DNA of 64,000 nucleotides from Chiloscyllium plagiosum. Lineage: Eukaryota. How positions within the stretch are numbered: position 1 is the first letter of the stretch; each line of letters begins with the position of its first letter. Of this stretch, positions 11,713 to 25,519 are shown piece after piece. Both the position numbers and the translations under genes were made by a program. Location of the stretch: contig NC_057751.1 in NCBI RefSeq assembly GCF_004010195.1, positions 18,801,543-18,865,542 of the forward strand, in the 5' to 3' direction. The notes beneath the pieces were generated by a model, which saw only the letters and a list, made by a program, of their open reading frames with translations, was not told the origin of the DNA and did not search any database.

Positions 11713-14022
11713 GTTCTACAGCAGTAAGTCAATAGTCCAACAGGAGAGTGGCCATATTGGACCTCGTGTTGGAGAATGAGCCTGGCCAGGTTATAGAAGT
11801 TGCAGTGGGGGATTTCTTTGGGAATAATTACCACAATTCTGCAAGTTTTGCAATAATCATAGATGAAAAATGTCAGTGAAGGGACGAATACTAAATTGGG
11901 CCAATGCCAATTATATCAAAATTAGGCATGACCTGGGAAATATGGATTGTACACATTTGGTATGTGGGAGGCTTTCTAAGATAAGTTGGAGACAGTGCAG
12001 GATAGACCTGTCCGTTTGAAAACAAGGGATAGGAAAGGCAAGATTCGTGAACCATTGATGATAGGAGAAATCGTGCGACTAGGCAGGAGGAAAACAAAAG
12101 CGCACGTAAGGTACAGGCAACTAAAAACAGAATGGGCCTTGTAGGAATATCGGGATATTAGGATCATTCTTAAAAGTGAAATCAAGCGGGCTAAAATGGA
12201 TACAGAAATAGCTTTGGCGAACAGAATTAGGGAGAATTCCATGAACTTTTATTCTTAAATAAGAAGCAAGGAGATACCCAGAGAAAGGGTTGGTCCATTG
12301 AAGGATTAGGAAGGGAGGTTGTATGACGAAACTGAGAAATTGGTGAGATTCTCAATGATTGCTTTGCATCAGTGTTCACTGAGGAACAGGAGTTGATGAA
12401 TGCTGAGATTAGAAATAGAAGTTTGTTTACTCTGGATCACATTGACATAAGGAGGGAAGATGTGTCATGTAGGCGAGGGGATATTAAGGTGGACAAATCC
12501 CCAGGACCGGAAGGGATCTATCCCAAATTGCTGAGATAGGGCGAAAGAGGAAATATCTGGGGCCGAACAGCTATCTTTGTAACATCCTTAAACACAGGTG
12601 AGGTGCCGGATGTCTGGAAGGTTGCTCATGTTGTCCCGCTGTACAAGAAGGTTAGTAGGAACGTTTCAGGTAACTTTCAGGTTTTTTGCGGGGTAGATCG
12701 AGCCCTGCCACCTTAATAGAGTTCTTTGAGGAAGTGACCAAGTTGATAGATGTGGGAAGTGCTGTAGATGTCATGTACATTGACTTTAGTAGGGAGTTTG
12801 ATAAGGTTCGCACTGATAAAGTAATGGAGAAAATGAAGTAATGTGGTGTGCAGGGTGTTCTAACTAATTGGATAAAGAACTGGCAAAGCAACGGTAGACA
12901 GACAGTAGCAGTTGAAAGGAGTTTGTTGAAATGGAGAAAGGTGTTCTACAGGGCTCAGTGCTGGGTCTGCTGTTGTTTCTAAGAAACATAAATGATCAGG
13001 AAGAGAGCATTGTTGGTCTGATCAGTAAGTTTACAGATGACAGGAAGATCACTGGAGTAGCAGAAACCATAGGGGATTGTCAAAGAGTACAACGGAATAT
13101 AGATAGAATGGAGAGTTGGGCGGAGATGTGGCAGATGGAGTTCAATCCAGGCAAATGTGAGGTGATGCATTTCAGGAAGTCTAATTTTAGAGCGAACTAT
13201 GTCGTAAACGGAAGAGCCTTGCGAAAAGTTGTGAGCAGAGAGATCTGGGAGTTAAGGTCTGTTGTACCCTGAAGGTGGCTGCACAGGTGGATAGAGCGGT
13301 CTAGAAGGCATATGGTATGTTTGCCTTCATCGGATGGCATATTGAGTATCACAGCTGACAGTTCATGTTAAAACTGAACAAGACTTTGGTTTGACCGCAT
13401 TTAGAATACTGTCTACAGTTCTGGTCGGCACATTACCAAAAGGATGTGGATGCTTTGGAGAGGGTGCAGAGAAAGTTTACGAGGATATTGCCTGGTATGG
13501 AAAGTGCTCGCTATGAAGAGAGGTTGAGTAGGTTCGGATTGCTTTCGTTGGAGAAAAAAGGAGTTTGAGAAGGAACCTGATTGAGGTCTACAAAATCGAG
13601 AAATGTACAGATAGGGTAGATGGAGATAAGCTTTTTCCCAGGGTCAGGGATTCAGTAACGAGAGGTCGCGGGTTCAAGGTGAGAAGTGAGAAGTTTAACA
13701 GGTGTATACATGGCAAGTGCTTTACACAGAGGGTGGTAGGTGCCTGGAACGCGTTGCCAGTAGAGGTAGGAGCGGCAGGCACAGTAGATTTATTTAAGGT
13801 GCGTCTGAACAGATGCTTAGGAACTAGGCGACAGGTTTAGACAGTGGATTTGGATCGGCTCAGGCTTGGACGGCCGAAGAGCCTGTTCTTGGGCTGTAAC
13901 TTTCCTTTATTCTTTCTTCTTTGTTCTAATCTCCTGAGTGTGCAGTCCTCACGTTTGATTTTCTGTTTAAATATGTGCAAGCACTTCCTAGTTTCAACGA
14001 GAAGGATTAGGAGCGTTTTTCC

Positions 14023-14660
14023 ATAGAACATAGAACATTACAGCGCAGCACAGGCCCTTCGGCCCTCGATGCTGCGCCGACGTGTCATATCAATCTGAAG
14101 CCCATTTAACCTACACTATTCCATATACGTCCATATGCTTGTCCAATGACGACTTAAATGTACTTAAATTTGGCGAATCTACTACTGTTGCAGCCAAAGC
14201 ATTCCATATCCTTACTACTCTCTGAGTAAAGAAACTACGTCTGACATCTGTCCTATATCCAACACACCTCAATTTAAAGCTATTCCCGCTCATGCTCGCC
14301 ATCACCATTCTTGGAAGAAGGCTCTCCCTGTCCACTGTATCTAAACCTCTGATTATCTTTATGTCTCTATTAAGTCAACTCTCAGCCTCCTTCTCTCTAA
14401 TTAAAACAACCTCAAGTCCCTCAGCCTTTCCTCGTAAGGCCTTCCCTCCATACCAGGCAACATCCTAGTAAATTACCTCTGCACCCTTTCCAAGCTTCCG
14501 CATCCTTCTTACAATGTGGTGAGTAGAACTGTACACAATACTCCAAGTGCGGCCACACTAGAGTTTTGTACAGCTGTAGCATAAGCCCATTGTTCCGAAA
14601 CTCGAACCCTCTATTAATAAAAGGTAAAACACTCTATGCCTTCTTAACAACCCTGTCATT
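14023..14660 (-). mobile_element. 5'-truncated CR1 LINE
   Basis: catagaacatagaaca tail; ORF 14111-14335 with FFTQRVVRIWNAL. Confidence 0.88.
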
Positions 14661-15960
14661 TTCATTTCATTTGAGACAGTCTTGGAAGAATTTTATCGTT
14701 TCAATTGAGCAATTGGCTCAACAAATGAAATGGCCTTTGGCCATGTGGATATTGTTGTTTCAAAGAAAGTTAATAAGTTGAGCTAGTAATGTATTGGCAA
14801 CACTCTCAACGTAATATCCGGGGAGCAGTAAAATTTGAGAAACACCATCTTAAGTGCATATGAGCTCGCACGAGAAGATTAAGCCAACATTTAAGCAATC
14901 AAAGGAGGAGTATTTGCCAAATGTATATTTAGTTTGAAGGATCAACCAAAGTATTTATGATGTTTGGATAAGAGCCCCATTTAAATGCCAATCAAACACT
15001 TGACGTTCTTCGAAAGATGGTTACTTCGGAGGAGTTTGTGAGAGATAGAAATCGGGGAAAAGAGAAATCCTCGGATGGTAAAGGAAAAGGAGATCTCATT
15101 GAAGACCGCACGAGGAGTTTGCCACACGGCTGAAAGGAAAGCTATGAAGGAAGAAAGAGAATTTACAAAAAACGAAGATGGTTTCATTGCCATCAGGGAG
15201 GCCACATGAAGTCACAGTGTTGATAGTTCAGCAAAAGTGCTGCGAAGATAAATGTGAGCAAACATGACACTGTAGAAGTTGCAAAAGAAAGTACAGTAGA
15301 AGCGAAAAAAATCTGCACCTGAACGTTTAACCTGATCATGGATTGTTGGACAAGAAAATCACAGATCTCTTTAAAACTTTAATTGTGAGGGTACAGTTTA
15401 CTCTAATATGCCAGGAGGAGCAGGCAAAGAAATTATAATTTTAAGAGATATGGGAACAAGTCGATCTTTGTTGGTGAGAGATTGGGAGAAGCATATTCAG
15501 AAGGAGATTTGCCCAAAATGAAGTGGAATTCATGATGAGATGAAAAGTGGTCAATTGCATAAAGTCAATTGAAGAAAGTCGTGTGAAACCAGTCAAGTGA
15601 TTTTAGGAATAATATGGAAAATCTCGATTCCAAGAATCCAAGTTAGCCTCGGTCACGATATAGCTGGATCACGGGTATGTTTGAACTCTACTGCTGTTGA
15701 AAAGTGAATAGAAAATCAGGCAACTGAGGTGTTATAAGAAATATATCCTGGATTTCCTTTTTCCTGACTATGTGTGATCAAGATCTGAAAGCCATTGGCT
15801 GAAACAGGGAAATAAAACAAAGAATGAAGATCAGGAGGTTGAAGTGGAATTATTAGAGACCATGTTGTATCAAACGGTTGTGGAAAAAGGATGACGAAAA
15901 GAAAATTAACTGAACTGCAACAGAAAGATGAAAAACTACAGCAGTCGCATCCAAAAAGCA
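14660..15960 (+). mobile_element. Gmr1-like Gypsy LTR retrotransposon internal fragment (gag and protease), decayed
   Basis: Gag motif FIVSIEQLAQQMKWPLAMW and protease-like ILRDMGTS at ~15437. Similar to 36230-37130 and 63400-63800. Confidence 0.7.
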
Positions 15961-15989
15961 TACACTGAAGAATTTGGATGTATCCTGGA

Positions 15990-16665
15990 ACGTTCCCACC
16001 ATATGCTCCTCTTGCAGGATGTGGGAGGTAACGTTCACCACGGGTGTCCCCGCTACGTCGCCTGGGAGAAGTGTATCCAACTCCGACTCCTCATAGGCCG
16101 CCTTTAGGAACAAGAGCTGCAACCGGATGAAATTTGCATACTTCGGGAGACTGAGGGAATGATAGAGAAGAGGCCAAGGGAGGTAGTCACGCCTCAGTTT
16201 ACAAGATATAGGTAGCTGGGTGACAATCAGGAGAAGGAAAGCGAGCAGACAAACCGTGCCATTACCTTCAATAATGCGTCTGCTGTTTTCAATATATTTG
16301 GGGAGGATGACCTACCAGAATAAAAGCCATAACGGTCAGGTATTTGGCCCGGAGTCTGGCTGTGTGAGTGAAACGGGAAGAGGTTAGGGGGAGAAGAGCA
16401 GATCGATAGTGATAAGAGATTCAATCATGAGAAGTACACACAGGAGATTCTGTGGCCACGAATGAGACTGAAAGCTATTATGTTGCCTCCTGGGTGCAAG
16501 TGTCAGGGATGTCTCATAAAGATTCTACCAGATTCTAAAGTGTTGTCGAACTGACAGAAATTTCGGTACACTTCAGTACCAAAGACATAGGTAGGGAAAT
16601 TGATGAGGACGTGAAAAGAGAATATGGCGAATTAGGTTGGAAAATAGAAGGCAGGACAACAAGAT
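15990..16665 (+). mobile_element. CR1 ORF1 fragment
   Basis: tgctcctcttgcaggatgtgggag start, then esterase-like VIRDSIMR and CCLLGASVRDV motifs. Confidence 0.65.
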
Positions 16666-18167
16666 TCTACTGCTCATTTGATGCTGCCTGAACTGCTGTG
16701 CTTTCCAGACACAGACGTTTCGACGACGAAGGTACAAAGATCAACTAGGTGCTTTTTCAAAAAAGTTGAATTATCATCAGTGGAGATATTACATGTTTAC
16801 AACGGAAGCATTGAGCACGGTGTTGCTGTTGAAACCTTCAACACTTATATTGCCTGAGAACCTTAAATGCAAAAATTGCAGACTGCTACATGGTGATTAT
16901 TATTGCAGCAGTTCAAATTGAAAATTATACACGTAACAGGATGAGAGAACGTGCAATGACCAACGCATTTTCGTGTCTTTGATGAAAAACAACGGGCAAG
17001 TTCGATGGCAGGGATCAAGAACGAAGTGAAACAGATTGATCTAGTAAATATTAGCAGGTTTGGAGTCAATATACTGTAAATATATTGTCGTGTCCGGATA
17101 GAGTAAGAAAAGTGTGTTTACAAAAGCACTCATCTTTGTGTATTGACTGTTCTTTTAAAGGTATGATGATGCTGGGAGGTCTTGGTTCCATTTAAATAGC
17201 CTGAATATTTGTGGCCACGTCTCACACATTAGGATTTCTGTGTTTGTTTTTCTTTCAGTAGCAGCAGAAGGGATTTGAGGTCTCAACAGACTTGGAAGCT
17301 TCAATGAATGTGTCCTCATTATTACTGTTATGATATGGGGTTGACCCTTCTGATAGTTGAAAACCAGCAACACAGAAATGCTTTATCCTGTGCAGTAATC
17401 AGACATGGAGACTGTCTTTCTACTCTCTTTGCTGGGCAGTGAAGTACCACAAGCAGAATGCAGTCGGGTATTGTTCGAACCCTTATTGCTTCATTCACTT
17501 TGTTTTCCATGTCAAATTGGTATGATTCAGAGATGATCAGGAACAGAAACCCAGAGGGCAGGCAAGTCAGGAGGGTGTAATGGTTGTTCGGCCCCTCGGT
17601 CCTCACTGTACTCGTCAGAACCTGCATCCACCAGACATACCATCCCCAGGATCTTTCTGTTTCTTTGTCAAACCAATTGTAAATGCGCATTAATAATTAT
17701 CATCATCCTTATTTTGACCAAAATGCCAAATGTTCCTATTCTGCAGGGATGTTACATTGTTCTCAACCAATTGTCTGCATTTATATTAAACTAATTTTGC
17801 TTGACATTCCATTATGAAACCCATGGCGCTGCCTTCAGCTCACAAATCAAAGTCCAGAACTTTTACGAATTTCTTTGCACCAGGCATTCTGCCTTCTTTC
17901 CCTCTGTGTTCAGTCCTCAGATCAGAAGATCTACTTACTCTTGTTTATTTAATGTTATTTCGCTTGTGCATGTGCAGCTTTCCCGAATTTCCCCTTTGTC
18001 AGCACGTTTGCTCCAATGCAGATATGTTCTGATGTGCATTTGGTCCCAGCTCAGTAGATCCAGAATGATTCCGGCATCATCCCTGTCTATTTATGCTCGG
18101 CATCATCCCTGTCTACCTCCGAAATTAACACCCGGCCTGGTTAATTACGGAGTGGCAAATCAAATGT

Positions 18168-19868
18168 GGTCTCGATCTTTGTTGGCCTATATACATACTG
18201 TGTTTGGAAGCCTTCCTGCAAAAATTGGACAAAAAAGACCCATCTAAATTACTCAACCTATAGCGTCTCCAGTCAATATTTGGAAAGTTAAAGTGCCCCA
18301 TAAGAGCAACGCCATTTCTTTCGCTCCTATCCAGAATCATCTTTGCAATCCTTTCCTCTACATCGCTGGAAGTATTTGGTTGAAGTTTGACGTTTGATTT
18401 ATGAAGCAAATCGTAATCATTAGCCATTTCAACTGCTAATCTTGCCATTCTGCTCTTCTACTAGAGTTCTCATGACTTCAGGAATTAAATCATTTAACTC
18501 CTCCAAAAAAGATCGTCTTTCTAAGCGAGACATCGTTTTACTCTATTTTTAATTTTTTTTGTGACAAATTCATACTTAAGGTAAGGTTTGAACATGGTCC
18601 CTCCCCCGATTCCTGAAACGTTATTCGTTGACTTATGGTGCACGCTGCACTTTAAATGACTTTCATAACCTCCACATACGCTCCAGATTTCTCCTCTGGT
18701 AGTGATGCAAATACCTCGCTCTCTCTACCAAAAAGTTTTGTATGGATGAACAAAACTCACATTGGTCACTGCCCACTTCTGTTGTTTAGTGACCTTCTCA
18801 AATGCGATGAAAAGGGATTTGACTTCCTGCTCATCAAATTTATTCAACGCTTGAATATATTTCACCATGTTCCCACAAGGCCTTTAGCTACCATGGCTGA
18901 GCTCATCATCACTCTTCTCCTCACTAAGCTTTACCGTATGCCCTGGTCTCAACCTTTGTTGGCCTATATACATACTGTGTCTGGAAGCCTTCCTGCAAAA
19001 ATTGGACAAAAAAGACCCATCTAAATTACTCAACCTATAGCGTCTTCAGTCAATATTTGGAAAGGTACAAAGATCAACTAGGTGCTTTTTCAAAAAAGTT
19101 GAATTATCATCAGTGGAGATATTACATGTTTACAACGGAAGCATTGAGCACGGTGTTGAAACTTTCAACACTTATATTGCCTGTAATCTATCCGAGGCAA
19201 TTGTATATACTGATTATATACCCTTAAGAGCAACGCCATTTCTTTCGCTCCTATCCAGAATCATCTTTGTAATCCTTTCCTCTACATCGCTGGAAGTATT
19301 TGGTTGAAGTTTGACGTTTGAATTATGAAGCAAATCGTAATCATTAGCCATTTCAACTGCTAATCTTGCCATTCTGCTCTTCTACTAGAGTTCTCATGAC
19401 TTCAGGAATTAAATCATTTAACTCCTCCAAAAAAGATCGTCTTTCTAAGCGAGACATCGTTTTACTCTATTTTTAATTTTTTTTGTGACAAATTCATACT
19501 TAAGGTAAGGTTTGAACATGGTCCCTCCCCCGATTCCTGAAACGTTATTCGTTGACTTATGGTGCACTCTGCACTTTAAATGACTTTCATCACCTCCACA
19601 TACGCTCCAGATTTCTCCTCTGGTAGTGATGCAAATACCTCGCTCTCTCCACCAAAACGTTTTGTATGGATCAACAAAACTCACATTGGTCACTGCCCAC
19701 TTCTGTTGTTTAGTGACCTTCTCAAATGCGATGAAAAGGGATTTGACTTCCTGCTCATCAAATTTATTCAACGCTTGAATATATTTCACCATGTTCCCAC
19801 AAGGCCTTTAGCTACCATGGCTGAGCTCATCATCACTCTTCTCCTCACTAAGCTTTACCGTATGCCCT
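18168..19868. repeat. Near-identical tandem duplication of a ~776-bp CR1-EN/Gypsy-gag chimeric unit
   Basis: 18168-18943 is repeated at 18944-19868, and the second copy has an extra ~150 bp. ORFs 18656 and 19580 are nearly identical. Confidence 0.9.
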
Positions 19869-21005
19869 CACCTCCATCCTTTTCAGCCAATTTCCTGAAT
19901 AAGTACCACTTTCTGAAGTTAAAACTTACTCTCTGTTTCTTTTTTTTCTGCAATAGGTTTTTTTTTCTGTCTTTATTCTGCTTTCATTCATAGTATAAGC
20001 TACTTTAATACCTTCTTCTCTTCCTTTCTTTTGTTATAACTAAAGTTGCTACATTTTCAATTGAATTTCAGCTATCTCTAACGATTCTGATGGCGGTACC
20101 AGCAAATTCCAATGCTGAGCTATTGTTGTAGTTAGCTCTCACGCTGTTATGGGCGATGTTAACTCCAAATGCAGATTGGCTGCCAATTCCAACAGCTTCG
20201 CGTTGTTCAAACTTTGTAAGACTCACAGTGTCACGTCCTTCACCCAAGAAATCTGTTAGTGACTGAAAGCGCCGTTACGATAGGAAGAAACGTTTTAAAC
20301 AACCGAATTCAACACCTTGAACAACACCTGCCACTCGTTGCCTTCGAGACCAGCAATCCTAATCCCAAAACGGTAACAACAGAAGAAATCCTGCAAAGAG
20401 CCCTCCAATGTATTATGGACCAGGCCAGAACCCACACAAACCATTTTAAGAGGGTAGTCCACACCCTAAATTTTCTAGTTGTTTTAAGCATTTGTGAGTA
20501 GATACTCCAGGAGTGATGCAGCTGGCCCTAACACGTAATTTCCAACATAACAGAATGTGGTTACAGGCTACTGAATGTAACACGAACAAAAGAGAAGCGA
20601 ATTTAAATAGCTTAGCCTATCTCAAAACCCAATAGACTCTATCACATCTTCATGATGCTGTTCCAAATACCTGCTTAACATCCTCCATAACGTCCCTTGG
20701 GTAGAACTGTCAAATTTAACACATGCAGTTAAAGCAGAAATGTTAGAGAGAGAGAGAGAGATAGCCAGCCACAAAAACCTCTGTTTAATCAGGGAAACTA
20801 ATCCAAGTAGCCTTCTTCAACCAACCACTTCAAGCAGTCTGCTTACGAAAACCAAAGTAAAGCAAAGCAGAAGTAACTTTGAACCGGGAGAACTGGCCAC
20901 ATGTGTTTGTTTTATAAAGGAACCTAAAAGTCTTCTCAATTGGAACTATTCAGACATATTTGAACCTTTGCGTTTAAGACCACTTAACGGGGCAACATGG
21001 TCACA
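18390..21005 (-). mobile_element. Gmr1-like Gypsy element 5' part: LTR (~20410-21005), leader and decayed gag
   Basis: Gag KFDEQEVKSLFIAFEKVTKQQKW (ORF 19445-19792). The LTR is similar to ~40985-41930 (ggaccaggccaga..., gatgcagctg, ggggcaacat). Confidence 0.7.
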
Positions 21006-21009
21006 GATG

Positions 21010-21360
21010 CAGCAGTTGAATTAGACCATTCGGAACATTGAGTCTGCTCCCTATTCTATCTAATCTATCATGTTTGAAATGTTTCTCAAACCCATTCTTC
21101 TGCCTTCTCGTCATAAACATTGACCCCTTACTCGTCAAGACCTGTTTCTGTCATAAAGGCACTCAATGCCTTGGCCTCCACAACCCTCTGCATCAATGAG
21201 TTCCACTGATCAATCACCCTCCGGCTGAAAATATTCCACCTCATCTCAGTTATAAAAACTCTTTCCTTCACTCTGAGTCTCTGCCCTTGGATCCCAGTTT
21301 CTCCTACCAATAGAAGCATCTTCTCAACATGCATTCAATGCAGGCGAATCAATATTCTCT
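21010..21360 (-). mobile_element. CR1 3' fragment
   Basis: ORF 21128-21334 reads FSRRVIDQWNSLMQRVVEA. Confidence 0.7.
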
Positions 21361-21399
21361 AAATTTAAATCCGCGTTTTTGATATAAAAAATAAGTTGG

Positions 21400-21800
21400 A
21401 TAGACTGGGAGTTCCTTCCCAGGAGTGTAGGAGGATGGGGGATGACCTGCTCGCGGTTTACATAATCATGAGGAGCACAAATAAGGTGAGTGACCAGGGT
21501 CTTTACACTATGTTGGAGGTGTCCAAAGCTACAGGTTATAATTTAAAGGTGTGAGTAGAAAGTTTTAACAAAGACATGAGGTGGGATTTTTCACTGTGAG
21601 TGGGTGCTACGTGGAATGAACTTCCCGAGAAAGTGATGGATACGGTGCAGTTAAAACATCTAAAACATTTGGATATGCACATGAATAGGACAGATTTGCA
21701 GGGATATGGGATAAGTGTGCGTATGTCACTTTATTTCAGTTTGGCATAGATTATTTGGATTGGAGGGACTGTTTCCTTGCAATATGTGTCTAAAACCTTG
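21400..21800 (+). mobile_element. CR1 3' fragment, decayed
   Basis: gtggaatgaacttcccgagaaagtgatgg and a gggactgtttccttgc tail. Confidence 0.6.
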
Positions 21801-22104
21801 TGACTTCGTCATGTTTGGAAAATCATTTGAATAAGGAGCCAGAAAAGGCAGCCTTGTTCAGTGTTGCTGTGTTTATCCTGGAGTGCTGTTTTGTTGCAAT
21901 TAAGTGTCACTGGAGTTACAGAAAGACAAACTGTAGGGACTGTTTCCTTGCCATATGAGTCTAAAACTTTGTGACTTCGTCATGTTTGGAAAATCATTTG
22001 AATAAGGATCCAGAAAAGGCAGCCTTGTTCAGTGTTGCTGTGTTTATCCTGGAGTGCTGTTTGTTGCAGTTAAGTGTCACTGGAGTTACAGAAAGACAAA
22101 CTGT
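21764..22104. repeat. Tandem duplication, ~170-bp unit x2
   Basis: 21764-21934 and 21935-22104 both run agggactgtttccttgc...agaaagacaaactgt with few differences. Confidence 0.92.
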
Positions 22105-25100
22105 CAAGAACAGTTCATTACCATAAATCGACGACCTTAGACAACCGTGGGCATCCATTAGAAGACATATTTTTAAGGAACAGAAAGGAGATCCTGAAGA
22201 AGGTCTCGGTTCCAAAGCGTCACAGGGCGAGTGGAAGTTTCAGATTGTGGGAGCACGGATGATGAGAATTTGTACAACTATTAGCAAATTGAGTTTGGAA
22301 AGGTTTCATTTTGTGGGTCATCGTTTGTAAGTTGAAAGGAAGAAGAGGACCTAAAGTCATCGATGTGGTTGGATTTTAAGAGTCTCTTTTGAATAGTAAA
22401 TCCAAAAAGTGGTGAGCAGGTGAGCTCAAAGCTACCGGGTGATCCTCCCACTCTTTGTTGGGAAACCGGGACCTTTCTAGATGCTTGGGACCCAGCATGT
22501 GCGGGGTAAGTAATTCCAGTCCAAGTTCATGGATTGCCAGAGGTTCAGAATGGGAGCAGATGCTGAGGACTCGGCGACATATCCATGCGGCTGAAAGAAT
22601 CATGAGTAACGCTGACAGAGAGGCGGGAGAGTTCACATCACAGGATAAAACTTCACGGACAGGAATGAAAATGGTAGAGTGAGATGACGAGGTAGAAACA
22701 CTGATCCTCGTGGGTATTCCTCGGAGAAACAGAGAAACCAATTTAGATTCCTGTTTAATAGCCAATGGGCTTTTGGTGAACAGCAACAACTAATCACCGT
22801 GGGTCTGCATTTTTGATACTACTGAATGGTGAAGGGACAAAATTGTGGGGAATTTAGCAGTAATCCAATTGTAAGGGGGAGTAGGTAGGCGTTTCCCTTG
22901 TTAAAATCTGAACCTCTGGGGTGTATGAGGATTTCCTGCTGTTGAGTCAAGAATGTCTCAGAACGTCGACAGGATATTCTTACAGAGTTGGAGGGGGACA
23001 GCGAACACCCAGTCGTCATGGGGCACATTGGCATCAATCAGGGACGACGTTCTAAGAGCAGAAAATAGTTTCAGGAACCATGCTCTGCAGTGGCATCCCA
23101 AAAGGAGTGAACTCAGGATGACTGAGGATGACTTGTTCCCATTTCCCATCCAATGCCCATTCTTGAATGCCCTCAAGTCAACGTGCCTCCCTTAATTTTC
23201 CAGGCAGTACATTCTACGCATTAACTACTTGGTAGGTGAGAAAGTTCATTCTCTCATTGACATCCGTCACAAATCGCAATGAAACTCTCCATGTCATTCT
23301 TGCCTGTTTAATGAGAGAAGAAAACAGTGCTTCCCCCGCTATTTTTTGCCAAGATATCACGGTTTTGAAAACCTCAATCCAATTTCCTTTTGCCTTTCGC
23401 TCTCCCTGAAGTTACGCAGTTCCCGTTTTCCAATCTCTCTTTTAAAGTGTTCTCTAATCTCACCACTACACTCTCTCTCCAACACTATTCCAAAGAGGTG
23501 GTACCATGAACTCTGCACAGGTTTCCCAGAAGAATTGTTTGTTTGAACAGTTCGGGCTAGGCAGTAATCTCTCTTCATAATCAATCTTTACTGCAAACGT
23601 CACAACGGTAACGAGTGTGATGTGTGAGCGATTAACCATAAACTGTAAGGACAAGCAAATCAAAATAACTAAAAACATACAAAAGACAGACAGAGCAATC
23701 GGCGCTGATCCTCCATGAGAGTTCGAAGTAAAGATGTCATTTTTAAAAATTTTGTTTCACTGACTTTGCCATACATTGCAGGAGAAACGGATGATGATAT
23801 TTGATGATTGTTGTTAAATCCAGCCGTGCCCCTCGCAAAATGAAGCTTCTGAAAGAGAAACGAATGGTAAAAATGCAGACAGTTATGAAAAATGCAGAAC
23901 TGATTTGAGAGGGGTAAATATTCTGTGAAACGCTGGCGTATTAAGAATCCTGTAAATGTGGGACGGCTCGTCTGCGAAGTGCCATAAGTTAAGAGGAATT
24001 AGCACTTTTAAAGGCCACAAAGACATGGAATGGTACTGTCACTGGTGGGTTGGAAACAAGTCGCCTCTTCATCTACATCTGTGGCATCACCTTTGTCGGT
24101 TCCTGTTTGGATGAGGGTTACCCAGTCAGATGAACCTTTTACCAATGCTCTACCCTTTGGGTTAACACACAGCAATCACGGTGACCATGTTGAGATCATG
24201 GACAGTTTTCCCTCAGAGCGATTGTTGGATTGACTGCAGTGGCACGGGGAGTTGGTCGGAAGGAGGGGTGGCGGTAGCGGCAAAAATGTTGGTATTCAGA
24301 TCCTGGCCATGGTGAAGAACGGATATCACAGTTTCGGGTTTGAAGAACAGGGATGGGGACACTGCTTTTTCTGGGGTGTGTGGTGTGGGGTGAGGTGGTA
24401 GGAATGGATGTTAAGAGAGAGAGAGAATGATGGAGATCATGAGGGAGGATGGGGGCGGACTTTGGCGTTGTCAACGTTCAGGGTTCCATGTGTGATGGGT
24501 CGGGAGATGGAGGGCGCAGTCATGCAGTCGGAGGGTGTGGTGGTGAAATCAGGCAGAGGTCACAGCCCCCTTGCCAGTGTAGGTTTCATGGGATGGGCAC
24601 CAAAAAGAATTAAGAAGACAGACTCGAGGATTCAGAGTTGGTTTGGGTATAGGGATGGTCAAAGGGTAAAACTCAAACTTAAAGAATGTCAAGTGGAATG
24701 GTTAGAGGTCCAGTGTGCTTCGGGGTATTGGGGGTTAAAAGGTCATACAGAGAAATTGCAAGATAACATCAGATATGTCAAGGAGGGTGATGGGGCTGCC
24801 AGGGTATTGAGGATGAGGAGACTGGAACCCATCTCAAATTGCATAAGCCACATGTTAAGTGATTTGCTCAAAAATGCGGGCGCAGTAAACATAGTAAACA
24901 GGAACTAATAGGATTCCATCGCTGCAAGAGACTGAACAAGCAGGAAAAGCCACATGCGGCAGTTGGATAAAAGTTGCTGCAGGAGAAGTTTGGCACTGAT
25001 GTTGGTCGAGGAAAAAAGCTCCTGCAGATGTCAGAAAGGTGGTACAATTAGTGTCAGATGGCATGACACAGAGATGTGTGAAAACAGCACTCAGTGCTAG

Positions 25101-25519
25101 TAGGTTACTGAGATGCTCAAAGGCAGTTTCTGCAGTGATGTCTGCAGTATCCCTCAGCCTACTGTGTGTGAGGTCTTCACCAGTGTCCTCTTTCAGGGCA
25201 CACATTTTCATTCTATGTCCATTTCATCAGGGAGGGACGGCATTCGCGGGCGGGGAGAGGAGGATGGCCAGCTCATGTGCCAACTATACGTTGGTTTCTG
25301 AGCACTGGTTGTTACTGCCTGGACTGTTATCCGTCAATGCCCTCTTGGAAAGACCCCGTCACTTATACACGGTAACGGGCTTTCCCTCCTGTATATATAA
25401 ACTGGTGGACAGCAAAAGGAAATTGGTATTGATCTGTTTTCCTCAATCAGGGCGTTATCACAATGCAGCTACTCATGGCTTTTATTGCTGAAAGGTCAAA
25501 GTCAATGGAAGGATCCTTT

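Larger units (their letters stand above)
9520..13925 (+). mobile_element. Near full-length decayed CR1 LINE (ORF1 esterase end, ORF2 EN+RT, 3' UTR) with two nested insertions
   Basis: ORF1-like NTWLEGRCRRDGFRFMGHW; EN motifs YFNARRIVGK and VVMVGDFIFPNI; RT QGSVLGLLLFL..SKFTDD; C-terminal FTQRVVGAWNALP. Many stops and frameshifts. Confidence 0.9.

Noticed and set aside
24900..25100. Possible Myb/SANT-like (Harbinger) relic (WIKVAAGEV..KAPADVRK)
   Set aside because: Too short and interrupted to support without a profile search.
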